NCBI GenBank assembly: GCA_963810925.1
Contig: CAWEPF010000010.1
Location: forward strand, 333,695-397,694
Reading direction: 5' to 3'
Length of the DNA stretch: 64,000 nucleotides
Source of the DNA: an uncultured Chloroflexia bacterium
GTDB lineage: Bacteria > Chloroflexota > Limnocylindria > QHBO01
Each line of letters opens with the position of its first letter. The first letter of the stretch is position 1. This document shows, piece after piece, positions 18,069 through 28,044 of this stretch. The position numbers and the translations under genes are program-made. The notes under the pieces were generated by a model. It had not been told where the DNA came from. It did no database searches and saw only the letters and a program-made list of their open reading frames with translations.

Positions 18069-18769
18069 CCGAAATCGACGACGTCACCCGCGCCGCGGTC
18101 GCCGAGCTGCTCCTCACCCTGGCCGATGACGAGTTCATCCTCGGCTTCTGGGACTCCGAGTGGACCGGGATCGCGCCCATGCTCGAGGAGGACGTGGCCA
18201 CCTCCTCCATCGCCCAGGACGAGCTGGGGCATGCGAAGGCCTGGTACGAGATGCTTGCCGCGCTGACCGATGACGACCCGGATCGGATCGCCTTCGGCCG
18301 GCCGCCGGAGGCATACCGACACGCGGCGCTCATGAACCATCCGCGCACCGACTGGGCGTTCACCGTCGCCCGCCGCTTCCTGTACGAGACGGCGGACGCG
18401 ATCCGGCTGGACGCGCTTTCGCGCTCGAGCGACCCGGAGATCGCCGGGCTGGCGGTCAAGATGCGCCGGGAGGAGACCTACCACCTTCTCCATTGGTCCG
18501 CCTGGGTCCGGCGCCTGGCCGAAGGGGGAGCGGGGCCCCGCGAGCGGCTGATCGCCGCCGTGGAGCGCCTGTGGCCCGAGGCGGAGGCCGTCTTCACGCC
18601 GCTCGGCGGGGAGGATCGGTTGGTGGAAGCGGGCATCCTGCCCGAGACCATGTCCGTTCTGCGAGACCGATGGGTGGAGCGAGCCCATGCCGAGCTGGCG
18701 GCGCTTGACCTCCCCGACCCCGACCGCTTCCCGGTCCGGGGCCGATGGACGCCTGGGGCGGACCGATGA
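18065..18769 (+). CDS. paaC: 1,2-phenylacetyl-CoA epoxidase subunit C
   Basis: LGFWDSEWTGIAPMLEEDVATSSIAQDELGHAKAWYEML matches PaaC. Confidence 0.8.
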   Translation: MTEIDDVTRAAVAELLLTLADDEFILGFWDSEWTGIAPMLEEDVATSSIAQDELGHAKAWYEMLAALTDDDPDRIAFGRPPEAYRHAALMNHPRTDWAFTVARRFLYETADAIRLDALSRSSDPEIAGLAVKMRREETYHLLHWSAWVRRLAEGGAGPRERLIAAVERLWPEAEAVFTPLGGEDRLVEAGILPETMSVLRDRWVERAHAELAALDLPDPDRFPVRGRWTPGADR

Positions 18770-18832
18770 CTTCCGCTGGCTGTGGGGCGAGTTCACCAGG
18801 GTGTCTTCCTCCGAGCCGGGTGCAACGTGGTG

Positions 18833-19375
18833 ATGCCGCGACGCACACCGGTCGACGCCGACCCCGAGGCGGCGATCTGGGCGGCCCTCGGTGAGATCCC
18901 CGATCCGGAGATCCCCGCGATCAGCGTGGTCGACCTGGGAGTCATCGGTTCGGTCGAGCTCGCCGCCGATCGGTCATCGGTTCGGGTGGCGCTCATGCCG
19001 ACCTTCATCGGCTGCCCCGCCACCGAAGTCATGCGCGAAGCCATCACCACTCGACTCGAGGCGCTCGACGTTGCCGAGCGGGTGGAAGTGGCGCTGACCT
19101 ACGCCGAGCCGTGGACATCGGACAGGATCACGCCGGCGGGACGCGAGCACCTGCGGCTCAGCGGATTCGCGCCGCCGCCCCACCTGCGCCAGCTCACCGA
19201 GCTGGACCTGTTGTCGCCCCGGTCCGAGCCGGCGGACCTCGCATCGTCGGTCACCTGTCCGTATTGCGGATCGCGTCAGACGACCCTCGAGAATCCCTTC
19301 GGCCCCACCCTGTGCCGGGCCATCTACCACTGCGCGGCCTGCACCCAGCCGTTCGAGGCCTTTAAGCCGATCTAG
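18833..19375 (+). CDS. paaD: Phenylacetate-CoA oxygenase subunit PaaD (DUF59/SUF-like)
   Basis: DPEIPAISVVDLGVIGSVEL matches the DUF59 region. A C-terminal Cys cluster (CPYCGS...CAAC) is present. Confidence 0.75.
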   Translation: MPRRTPVDADPEAAIWAALGEIPDPEIPAISVVDLGVIGSVELAADRSSVRVALMPTFIGCPATEVMREAITTRLEALDVAERVEVALTYAEPWTSDRITPAGREHLRLSGFAPPPHLRQLTELDLLSPRSEPADLASSVTCPYCGSRQTTLENPFGPTLCRAIYHCAACTQPFEAFKPI

Positions 19376-19417
19376 TCGGGCCAGCGAGACCGGGGGCTTG
19401 CGGTACTCTTTCGGCCC

Positions 19418-21214
19418 ATGGCCATCGACGGAGATGAGGTCCGCTCCGCCGCGTCGGAGCTGCTCGATGCGGGTGCCCACGCACCGCTCGACGCGATGCG
19501 GCATTCGGCCGCGCACGTCATGGCGTCTGCCGTGCTTCAGGTGTTCCCCGACGCAAAGCTGGGCATCGGTCCCGCCATCCGCGACGGCTTCTACTACGAC
19601 TTCGACCTCCCGCGACCATTGACCCCGGCCGACCTCGAGGCCATCGAGACTCAGATGCAGGCCCAGGTGAAGGCTGACCACCCATTCGAGCGCTTCGAGG
19701 AGGACCGCGGCACGGCCACCACCCGCCTCGAGGCGGCCGGGCAGCCGTACAAGGTGGAGATCATCCGCGACCTGTCCGAGGAGGACGGCGCCGTCATCTC
19801 CTTCTACCGGCACGGTGCCTTCGAGGACCTGTGCCGGGGGCCGCACATCGCGTCCACCGGGGAGCTCGGCCCGTTCAAGCTGCTGAGCACGGCCGGCGCG
19901 TACTGGCGCGGCGACGAGACGCGACCGATGCTGCAGCGCATCTACGGGACGGTGTGGGAGACGCAGGCCGACCTCGACCAGCACCTCTGGCGGTTGGAGG
20001 AGGCCAAGAAGCGCGACCACCGCAAGCTTGGCCGCGACCTCGACCTGTTCAGCTTCCATCCGGAGTCACCCGCCGCCCCGTTTTGGCATCCCAAGGGCAT
20101 GGCCCTGTGGCGGGCGCTCGAAACGTGGTCGTGGGAGGTCCGTCGCGACGGTGGCTTCGACGAGGTCCGCACCCCGGCGGTCGTCCGCAAGGAGCTGTGG
20201 GAGACCTCGGGCCACTGGGCGCTGTACCAGGACAACATGTTCACCCTCGACGACTCGGACCACCTGAGCGGCCTCAAACCGATGAACTGCCCCGAGTCAA
20301 TGCTCATCTACAAGACCCAGCTGCGCTCGTACCGCGACCTGCCCATGCGCCTGGCGGACTATTCGTGGCTGTTCCGCAAGGAGCGGACCGGCGCCCTGGC
20401 CGGCATGTTCCGGGTCCGCCAGCTCACCCAGGACGACTCCCACGTCCTGTGCCGCGACGACCAGGTCATCGACGAGGTCAACCTGGCGTTGAACCTGGTC
20501 CGCCGCCAGTACGAGCCGTTTGGCTTCAAGCCGCGATTCAAACTGGCCACCCGTCCAGCCAAGAAGCTGGGGACCGATGAGTTCTGGGACATGGCCGAGG
20601 GCAAGCTGGCCGAAGCCCTGAAGGCGGCCGACACGCCCTACGAGATGGATCCCGGTGGCGGCGCGTTCTACGCCCCGAAGATCGACGTCTTCCTCGACGA
20701 CGCGCTGGGTCGCGAGTGGCAGATGGCCACCGTCCAGGCCGACTACCAGCTCCCGCAGCGGTTCGACCTCGAGTACCGGACCGCGGAGGGCGGATTCGAG
20801 CGGCCGGTGGTCATCCACTACGCCATCTACGGATCGTTCGAGCGCTGGATCGGGGTCATCACGGAGCACTTCGCCGGCGCGTTCCCCGCCTGGCTGGCGC
20901 CGGTCCAGGCGGTCGTCATTCCCATCGCGGACCGGCACGCGGAGTACGCCAACGAGGTCCGCGCGGCGTTGCGTGCGGCCGGCCTTCGAGTCGAGGTGGA
21001 CGACCGGTCCGAGCGGATGCAGGCCAAGGTCCGAGATGCCCAGCAGCAGCAGGTCCCCGTGATGCTCGTCGTGGGGGATCGGGACGCCGAAGCGCGCGCC
21101 GTGAGCCCGCGGTTGCGGACCGGGGAGCAGTCCCAGGGCGTTCCGCTGAACGAGTTCGTCGAGGACCTCGCCGGCCGCGTGGCCCGCCGCGAGCTCTGGC
21201 CGCAGCCAGCCTGA
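19418..21214 (+). CDS. thrS: Threonyl-tRNA synthetase, short form lacking the N-terminal TGS domain
   Basis: HSAAHVMASAV is the editing-domain HxxxH motif. The class II core motifs are present. A C-terminal anticodon-binding domain follows (VPVMLVVGDRD). Confidence 0.9.
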   Translation: MAIDGDEVRSAASELLDAGAHAPLDAMRHSAAHVMASAVLQVFPDAKLGIGPAIRDGFYYDFDLPRPLTPADLEAIETQMQAQVKADHPFERFEEDRGTATTRLEAAGQPYKVEIIRDLSEEDGAVISFYRHGAFEDLCRGPHIASTGELGPFKLLSTAGAYWRGDETRPMLQRIYGTVWETQADLDQHLWRLEEAKKRDHRKLGRDLDLFSFHPESPAAPFWHPKGMALWRALETWSWEVRRDGGFDEVRTPAVVRKELWETSGHWALYQDNMFTLDDSDHLSGLKPMNCPESMLIYKTQLRSYRDLPMRLADYSWLFRKERTGALAGMFRVRQLTQDDSHVLCRDDQVIDEVNLALNLVRRQYEPFGFKPRFKLATRPAKKLGTDEFWDMAEGKLAEALKAADTPYEMDPGGGAFYAPKIDVFLDDALGREWQMATVQADYQLPQRFDLEYRTAEGGFERPVVIHYAIYGSFERWIGVITEHFAGAFPAWLAPVQAVVIPIADRHAEYANEVRAALRAAGLRVEVDDRSERMQAKVRDAQQQQVPVMLVVGDRDAEARAVSPRLRTGEQSQGVPLNEFVEDLAGRVARRELWPQPA

Positions 21215-21251
21215 CGATCGCAGCGTGACGGCCGGATCGGCCAGTCCCGCG

Positions 21252-22982
21252 ATGGGAGAACGGATCGCGCGCGCTATTCCCGGGCTGGGGATGATCCGGC
21301 GGTATCAGCCCACGTGGCTCCGGTTCGACGTGCAGGCCGGCATCGTCCTGACGGCGCTCCTCATCCCGCAGGGCCTCGCCTACGGCGGGCTGGCCGGATT
21401 GCCGCCGGTGACCGGGATCTACGCGACCATGATCCCGCTCCTCTTCTACGCCATGCTCGGCCCGTCGCGGATCCTGGTCATGGGGCCGGACTCGGCCGTC
21501 GCCCCGCTGGTGGCGGCGACGATCATCCCGATCGCGGGGGATGACGTCGCGGCCCGGGTGGGCCTGGCCGGCGCGCTCGCGGTCTCGGTCGGGATCCTCT
21601 GCTTGGCCGGTGGGCTGGCCCGCCTGGGGTTCGTAACCGATCTCCTCTCGAAGCCCGTTCGCATCGGATACCTGACCGGCATCGCGGTGGTCGTCGTCGT
21701 TGACCAGATCCCGACCTTGCTCGGGTTCTCGGTCGGCGCGGAAGGCTTCGTGCGGGGCATCGTCGAGATGGTGCAAACGCTCGCCGAAATTGACCTCCCG
21801 ACGGCCGTTATCGGTCTGACCACGGTGGCCGGCCTGTTCGCGCTCCGCGCGCTCTGGCCGCGAGCCCCGGGCGCGCTCCTCGCGGTCGTAGCCGGAATCC
21901 TGCTGGTCACGGTCGCCGGGCTGGAGGGCGAGGTCGCGACGGTCGGTGCCATCCCGCAGGGCCTGCCATCGTTCGCCCTCCCGCGGATGGGGTTGGAGGA
22001 GCTGGGGGGCTTTGGCTTCTCCGCGGTGGCCATCGCCCTGGTGGCCTTCGCCGACACCGGGGTGCTGTCGCGCAGCTATGCCGGGCGGCTGGGCGAGCGG
22101 GTGAACCAGGACCACGAGCTCTTCGCGCTCGGGGCCACGAACACGGCCGCCGGGGTGTTCGGCGGATTCCCGGTCTCGAGCAGTGCTTCGCGGACGGCGG
22201 CGTCCGAGCTGGCCGGAGCGCGGACCCAGCTGACAGGGATCGTCGCCGCGGTGACCATCGGTGTGGTTCTCCTGTTCGCGACCGGCGTCTTCGCCAACCT
22301 GCCGACCGCGAGCCTGGCGGCGATCGTCGTCGTGGCGGTCAGTGGCCTGATCGACGTCGCCGGGTTCCGGCGACTGGCGCAGGTCAACCGACCCGATCTG
22401 GGCCTGGCGGTCGCCGCGCTGCTGGGCGTGACCCTGATCGGGGTCATCCAGGGCATCGCCATTGCGGTAGCCCTCTCGGCCGGGACGCTGCTGTGGCGGG
22501 CGTGGCACCCGTACTCCGCCATCCTGGCCCGCGTTCCGGGTCGGAAGGGATACCACGACCGGGAGCGCCATCCAGAAGGCGCCCAGGTGCCGAGCCTCGT
22601 CCTGTTTCGCTTCGACGCGCCGTTGTTCTTCGCCAATGCCGACGTCTTCCGAGATGGTGTCCTCGACGCCATCGCCGAGGCCGAACCGCCGATCCGCCGG
22701 GTGGTGGTGGCCGCGGAGCCGATCACCGACGTCGATTCCACCGCGGCCGATATGCTCCTCGAGCTGCTCGACCGCCTGGACGAGATGGGGGTCGGCCTGG
22801 TCTTCGCCGAGCTCAAGGGGCCCGTGAAGGACAAGGTCGCCCGCTACGGGATCGTGGACCGCCTGGCGCAACCCGCGTTCCCCTTCACGGTCGGCGCCGC
22901 CGTCCACGACCACCTCGCCGCCTTCGGGGTGCCCTGGGTTGACTGGGAGGACGCGGACGACGAGCCCGGACCCGCTCGTTGA
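21252..22982 (+). CDS. SulP/SLC26 anion transporter with a C-terminal STAS domain
   Basis: Multiple TM helices are followed by VLFRFDAPLFFANADVF...VVVAAEPITDVDSTAADMLLEL (STAS). Confidence 0.8.
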   Translation: MGERIARAIPGLGMIRRYQPTWLRFDVQAGIVLTALLIPQGLAYGGLAGLPPVTGIYATMIPLLFYAMLGPSRILVMGPDSAVAPLVAATIIPIAGDDVAARVGLAGALAVSVGILCLAGGLARLGFVTDLLSKPVRIGYLTGIAVVVVVDQIPTLLGFSVGAEGFVRGIVEMVQTLAEIDLPTAVIGLTTVAGLFALRALWPRAPGALLAVVAGILLVTVAGLEGEVATVGAIPQGLPSFALPRMGLEELGGFGFSAVAIALVAFADTGVLSRSYAGRLGERVNQDHELFALGATNTAAGVFGGFPVSSSASRTAASELAGARTQLTGIVAAVTIGVVLLFATGVFANLPTASLAAIVVVAVSGLIDVAGFRRLAQVNRPDLGLAVAALLGVTLIGVIQGIAIAVALSAGTLLWRAWHPYSAILARVPGRKGYHDRERHPEGAQVPSLVLFRFDAPLFFANADVFRDGVLDAIAEAEPPIRRVVVAAEPITDVDSTAADMLLELLDRLDEMGVGLVFAELKGPVKDKVARYGIVDRLAQPAFPFTVGAAVHDHLAAFGVPWVDWEDADDEPGPAR

Positions 22983-23084
22983 CCCTGTTTTTGGCCCCGG
23001 TGTACACTCCGCGGGCATTCGCGCAGATGTGGGCCACGCGTCCGTCATCGGACACGTGGCTCATGTGTTGAGGAGAGCAGACCG

Positions 23085-23714
23085 ATAACCAGGGATCTCC
23101 GGATCAACGAGTTGATTCGCATCAAAGAGGTGCGGGTCATCGATGACGAGAGCCAGCAGCTCGGCGTCATGCTGACGGCAGACGCGCTCGCGCTGGCCCA
23201 GGAGAAGGGCCTCGACCTCGTCGAGGTCGCTCCCACCGCGGTTCCCCCGGTCTGCAAGATCCTCGACTACGGGCAGTACAAGTACGAGATCCAGAAGCGC
23301 GAACGCGAAACGAAGAAGAAGCAGAAGTCGCAGACCTTCAAGGAGATTCGGTTCCGGGTCAAGATCGATACCCACGACCTGGCAACGAAGACCCGCCGCG
23401 CATCGGAGTTCCTGGACGACGGTGATCGGGTGAAGGTGGCGGTCCAGTTCCGGGGACGGGAGATCAACCACCCCCAGCTGGGCCGGGCCCTCCTCGACCG
23501 CGCCGCCGAGATGATCGGTGAGCACGGAGTCATCGAGCGGGCACCCCTGATGGAGGGACGGAGCCTGTTCATCGTGATGGCTCCGCCCACCGCGAAGGCG
23601 GCCGGCAAGGACGGGGAAGGCGAGACCGAGACCATCGGCGACGTCATGGAGGCCCAGGGCCAGATCCCGGAGTTGGCCGCGACGGACGAGACTCCACCGG
23701 CGCCGCCGGCATAG
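23085..23714 (+). CDS. infC: Translation initiation factor IF-3, probably with a non-AUG (AUA) start
   Basis: INELIRIKEVRVIDDESQQLGVM...KQKSQTFKEIRFRVKIDTHD matches IF-3. A GAGGAG Shine-Dalgarno sits 8 nt before ATA 23085. The track lists a TTG at 23112. Confidence 0.8.
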   Translation: MTRDLRINELIRIKEVRVIDDESQQLGVMLTADALALAQEKGLDLVEVAPTAVPPVCKILDYGQYKYEIQKRERETKKKQKSQTFKEIRFRVKIDTHDLATKTRRASEFLDDGDRVKVAVQFRGREINHPQLGRALLDRAAEMIGEHGVIERAPLMEGRSLFIVMAPPTAKAAGKDGEGETETIGDVMEAQGQIPELAATDETPPAPPA

Positions 23715-23755
23715 CGAACCCAGTACCGAACACAGACAAGGACGAGCCTCAGACC

Positions 23756-23953
23756 GTGCCGAAGATGAAGACCCACAAGGGCACCGCCAAGCGATACCGG
23801 AAGTCCGGATCGGGCAAGTGGCTGCGGCCAAAGGCCTGGCGGGGTCACCACCTGGAGATCAAGTCCAGCAGTCGCAAGCGCCGCTACGCAGGGATGACGG
23901 GGGTCAGCTCGACCCACGCCGCCCAGCTGAAGCGGCTCATGCCGTACGAGTAG
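23756..23953 (+). CDS. rpmI: 50S ribosomal protein L35
   Basis: MPKMKTHKGTAKRYRKSGSGK is an L35 signature. Confidence 0.9.
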   Translation: MPKMKTHKGTAKRYRKSGSGKWLRPKAWRGHHLEIKSSSRKRRYAGMTGVSSTHAAQLKRLMPYE

Positions 23954-23959
23954 AGACCG

Positions 23960-24319
23960 ATGGCACGCGTCAAGCGCGGCGTACCCGCGCATCGTCGACA
24001 CAAGCGACTCCTCAAGCAGGCCGAGGGCCGGCGCGGCACGCGTTCGACGCTCATCCGTCCCGCCCGTGAGGCGCTCTTCCACGCCCTCCGGTATGCCTAC
24101 CGCGACCGCCGCGACCGCAAGCGCGACATGCGCCGGCTGTGGATCCAGCGCATCAACGCCGGCTCCCGCCAGCACGGGATGCCGTACGGGCGTTTCGTCG
24201 CCGGCCTGAAGGCCGCAGGGATCGAGGTCAACCGCAAGCAGCTGGCCGACATGGCCATTCGCGAGCCCAAGGCCTTCGGTCAGCTGGTCGAGATGGCCCG
24301 CTCCTCGTTTACCACCTGA
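23960..24319 (+). CDS. rplT: 50S ribosomal protein L20
   Basis: [23 protein letters not shown] is an L20 signature. Confidence 0.9.
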   Translation: MARVKRGVPAHRRHKRLLKQAEGRRGTRSTLIRPAREALFHALRYAYRDRRDRKRDMRRLWIQRINAGSRQHGMPYGRFVAGLKAAGIEVNRKQLADMAIREPKAFGQLVEMARSSFTT

Positions 24320-24349
24320 CCAGCGCCGCGTGCCGCTGGTCTCCACGGC

Positions 24350-24385
24350 CCTGCTCCGGATGACGGAGCGGGGTCGTTTGTTTCA
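24350..24385 (+). terminator. Hairpin CCCUGCUCCG-gauga-CGGAGCGGGG with a GUCGUUUGUUUC tail, between rplT and pheS (terminator or attenuator)
   Basis: Inverted repeat with U-rich run read directly. Confidence 0.35.
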
Positions 24386-24425
24386 CTCACAATGACTCCA
24401 CGACTGATGAGACGGCGACAAACCG

Positions 24426-25530
24426 ATGAGCGACCAGTCTGAATCCCCTGGCGGCCCTCCAGGCCGCCGTTGACGCCATCCGCACCGATGCCCAGGCCCA
24501 GCTGGGCGCCGCGCCCGATGCCGCGGCGGTGGAGAGCCTCCGCCTGGCGGTGCTCGGACGGTCCGGATCCCTAACGGCGCTCCTGCGTGGTCTCAGCAGC
24601 CTCCCGCCCGAGGAGCGCCCCGCAGCGGGTGCGGCCGCCAACGCGGCACGGGTCGCGCTCGAGTCGTCCATCGCCGAGCGGTTGGAGGCGCTCGGGGGGG
24701 CGGAGCTGGACGACCGGCTGGCGGCGGAGCGGCTGGACATGACCGGGCCGGGGCGTCCGTGGCCGGTGGGCCATCTCCACCCCGTGATGACGGTCGAGCG
24801 AGAGCTGCGCGAGATCTTCCATGGGTTTGGCTTCGAGGTGTACGAGGGCCCGGAGATCGAGACCGACCTCATGAACTTCGAGCTGCTCAACATCCCGCCC
24901 GATCACCCGTCGCGCGACCTGTGGGACACCTTGTACGTCGCCGAGCCGGGATCGGTGGGCGCTGGCGCCCCGCGGCCCGCGGATGACGGCACCATCCTGC
25001 GAACCCACACCTCGCCGGCCCAGCTCCGGGCCATGCGCGAGCTGCCGCCGCCAATCCGGGTCCTCACGCCGGGGCGCTGCTTCCGCTACGAGGCGGTGGA
25101 CGCCTCGCACGGGTTCGAGTTCTTCCAGGTCGAGGGGCTGGTGGTCGACCGGGAGACGAGCATGGCCGACCTCAAGGGGATGCTCGAGGAGTTCGCCCGG
25201 GCCATGTTTGGCGACGGGACGAAGACCCGGTTCCGCCCCGGCTACTACCCGTTCACCGAGCCCAGCGCCGCGTTCGACATCGGCTGCCTGGTGTGCGGCG
25301 GCCCGGGCTGCCCGGCGTGCAGCCGAACGGGCTGGATGACGATCCTGGGCGCCGGCATGGTCCACCCGGTCGTGCTCCGCAACGGCGGCTTCGACCCTGA
25401 CGAGTTCCAGGGCTACGCATTCGGGATGGGACTGGACCGATTGACCCTGCTCCGCCACGGGATCCCGGACCTCCGCCTCCTGATGAGCGCCGACCTGCGC
25501 TTTCTCGAGCAGTTCTCGGGAGGCCGCTGA
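24426..25530 (+). CDS. pheS: Phenylalanyl-tRNA synthetase alpha subunit; the ATG at 24426 is out of frame with the conserved N-terminus by one nucleotide (shift at about 24435)
   Basis: LNPLAALQAAVDAIRTDAQAQLGAAPDAAAVESLRLAVLGRSGSLT is the conserved PheS N-terminus. It is in frame +1 relative to the only nearby ATG (MSDQS...). The catalytic core (FRYEAVDASHGFEFFQVEG) is intact. Confidence 0.85.
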
Positions 25531-25532
25531 TC

Positions 25533-27981
25533 GTGCGCGTCCCGTTGGAGTGGCTGCGCGAGTACGTCGACGTGGCCATGCCCCCGGAGGAACTGGCCGT
25601 GCGCCTGACGATGCTCGGGTTCGAGGTCAAGGGCATCGAAAGCGGGGGAGCGGCCTGGGACGACGTCGTGGTGGGGCGCCTCCTGTCGGTGGAGCGGCAC
25701 CCGAACGCGGAGACGCTGTGGGTGACCAGCGTCGAGGTGGGGGAAGCGGAGCCACTGGGCATCGTGTGCGGGGCGCAAAACCTGGCCGTCGGCCAGCTCG
25801 TGCCCGTCGCCCGGGTGGGGGCCGTCCTGCCCGGAGAGCGCCGGATCGAGAAGGCGAAGATCCGCGGCGTCGTCTCGGACGGGATGCTGTGCAGCCCCAC
25901 CGAGCTGGGGCTGGGCGAGGACGCGGACGGGATCCTCATCCTGGGGACCGGCAACGAGCAGGTCGTGGGTTCGATCCTCGTCGCCCCGGTCGGGGAGACG
26001 GTGCTCGACGTGGACGTGAAGCCCAACCGGGGCGACGCGTTGTCCATGATCGGCCTGGCACGAGAGATCGCCGCGGCGACCGGCACCATGGTCCGCTGGC
26101 CGGACGCCACGGTCGCCGAATCCGGCGCGGCCTCCGCGGAGGCTGTATCGGTCGAGATCAGCGACACCGAGCTGTGCCCGCGGTTCACCGCGCGCTACCT
26201 CGACGGCATCGGTCAGGCGCAGACGCCGGCCTGGATGGCCGACCGCCTGATCGCGGCCGGGATGCGGCCCATTTCGCCGGTGGTGGACGTCACGAACTAC
26301 GTGATGCACGAGCTGGGTCAGCCGATGCACGCGTACGACGCGGATCGTGTCCCCGGTGGCCGGATCGTCGTCCGCCGGGCGCGAGACGGGGAGACGCTGG
26401 TCACCATCGACCACCTGGAGCGGCGGCTGGACGAGCGGATGCTCGTGATCGCGGACGGTGAGCGACCGATCGGCTTCGCGGGGATCATGGGCGGGGCCGA
26501 CACCGAGGTCTCCGACTCGACGACCCGGGTCATCCTCGAGTCGGCCATCTTCCACGGACCGACCGTGCGCAACACGGCACGCCGCCTGGGCCTGCGCTCC
26601 GAGGCGTCGATGCGCCACGAGAAGGGGATCTCGCCCGACCTGCCGCGCGTCGCCGCGGATCGTGCCGCGGCGCTCATCGCCAAAATCACCGGAGCCCGGG
26701 TCGCGACCGGGATCGTGGACAACGATCCGGGACCGCATTCGCCCCGCGTCGTGGAGGTGGACACCGCCCGGACGGCGCGCCTGCTCGGCATCCCGGTCAA
26801 CCCCTCCGCCATGGAGACCTGGCTGGCGCCCCTCGGCTTCGCGGTGAGCGCCGCCGACGACAGCCACGCCGCGGTCACCGTGCCGCTCCATCGGCTCGAC
26901 GTGGTGAGCGACGCGGACGTCGCGGAGGAGGTCGCGCGCGCCCACGGCTACGACCGGATCGCGGGAACCCTGCCGGCCGCCTCGCTGCCCGCCCAGCCGT
27001 CCCGATCCGGGCGAGCCGCGCCACCGGCTGCGGCGGGTGCTCGCGGGCTTGGGCCTGGACGAGGTCATCACCCACGCCTTGATTGGCCCCAGCGACCTGT
27101 CGCGCTCCGGATTCGAGCCCGACGCCGGACACCTGGTGCGGGTCGCGAACCCGCTGTCCGAGGATCACGCGATCCTGCGACCGGTTCCGTATCCATCGGT
27201 CCTGGCGGCCCTCGCCGAGAACGTCCGCCAGCGGCGGAGCGATGTCGCGCTGTTCGAGGTGGGCAAGATCTACCGATACCGCCCCGAGGCCGATGCGCCG
27301 ACCGGGGAGCTGCCGCAGAGCGGGGCCGCGTACACCGAGGCATGGATGGTGGGAATCGGGCTGCTGGGCTCGGCCACGGCTCGCTATCCGGGCTCCGTGG
27401 AGCGCGCGTGGGACGTAGCCGACCTGCGCGGCCTGCTGGAGGCGCTGCACGACGCGCTCGGCTACCCGCCACCGACATTCCGCGCCGAGGAACCGAATGA
27501 GCGGCACCGCCACCTGCATCCGGGCCGCGCGGCACGCATCGTGGACGCGGACGGCCATTCGTACGGGTCGCTGGGGGAGGTCCACCCGACGGTGGCCGCA
27601 GCCTGGGACCTGCCCGGGCGGCCGCTCGTGGCGGCCCTGCACCTCGAGCCGCACGGCCTGTTCGACCTGCCCAACGCCGTCGTCCGGGCCAGCGTGCCGT
27701 CAGCCGCGCAACCGGTCGATCGTGATCTCGCCGTGGTCGTGGACGAGGCCACGCCTTTGGGCGAGGTGCTCCGCGTGGCGCGGCAGAACGCAGGGCCGAC
27801 GCTGATCGAGCTGCGCCCGTTCGACGCGTACCGTGGCCCGCAGATCGGGGATGGCCGCGTCTCGTACGGCCTGGCCTTCCGTTTCCAACCGGCCTCCTCG
27901 GCGGACGAACAGGGGCTCGATCGGGCCATGGACAAGGTGCGCGGCGCGCTCAAGCATCACCTCGGCGCGGAGATCAGATGA
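25533..27981 (+). CDS. pheT: Phenylalanyl-tRNA synthetase beta subunit; one frameshift near 27002 in a C-run
   Basis: MRVPLEWLREYVDV... runs to ...TLPAASLPAQP. The sequence then continues in the +1 frame (DPGEPRHRLRRVLAGLGLDEVITHAL... to the stop at 27981). Confidence 0.85.
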
Positions 27982-28044
27982 CCGTGCGCAGTCCTGCTGG
28001 ACAGCGCTGGTACCCTTCGCGGCGACTATTGGAGGCCTGACCGC

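Noticed and set aside
24320-24430. T-box or Phe-rich leader peptide upstream of pheS
   Set aside because: No specifier or T-box sequence is present. The only small ORF, MTPRL, has no Phe codons. Only the hairpin is reported.
25960-25990. tRNA-like T-loop motif (GGGTTCGATCCTCG)
   Set aside because: It lies inside the pheT coding frame (VVGSILVAPV). No acceptor or anticodon stems can be built around it.
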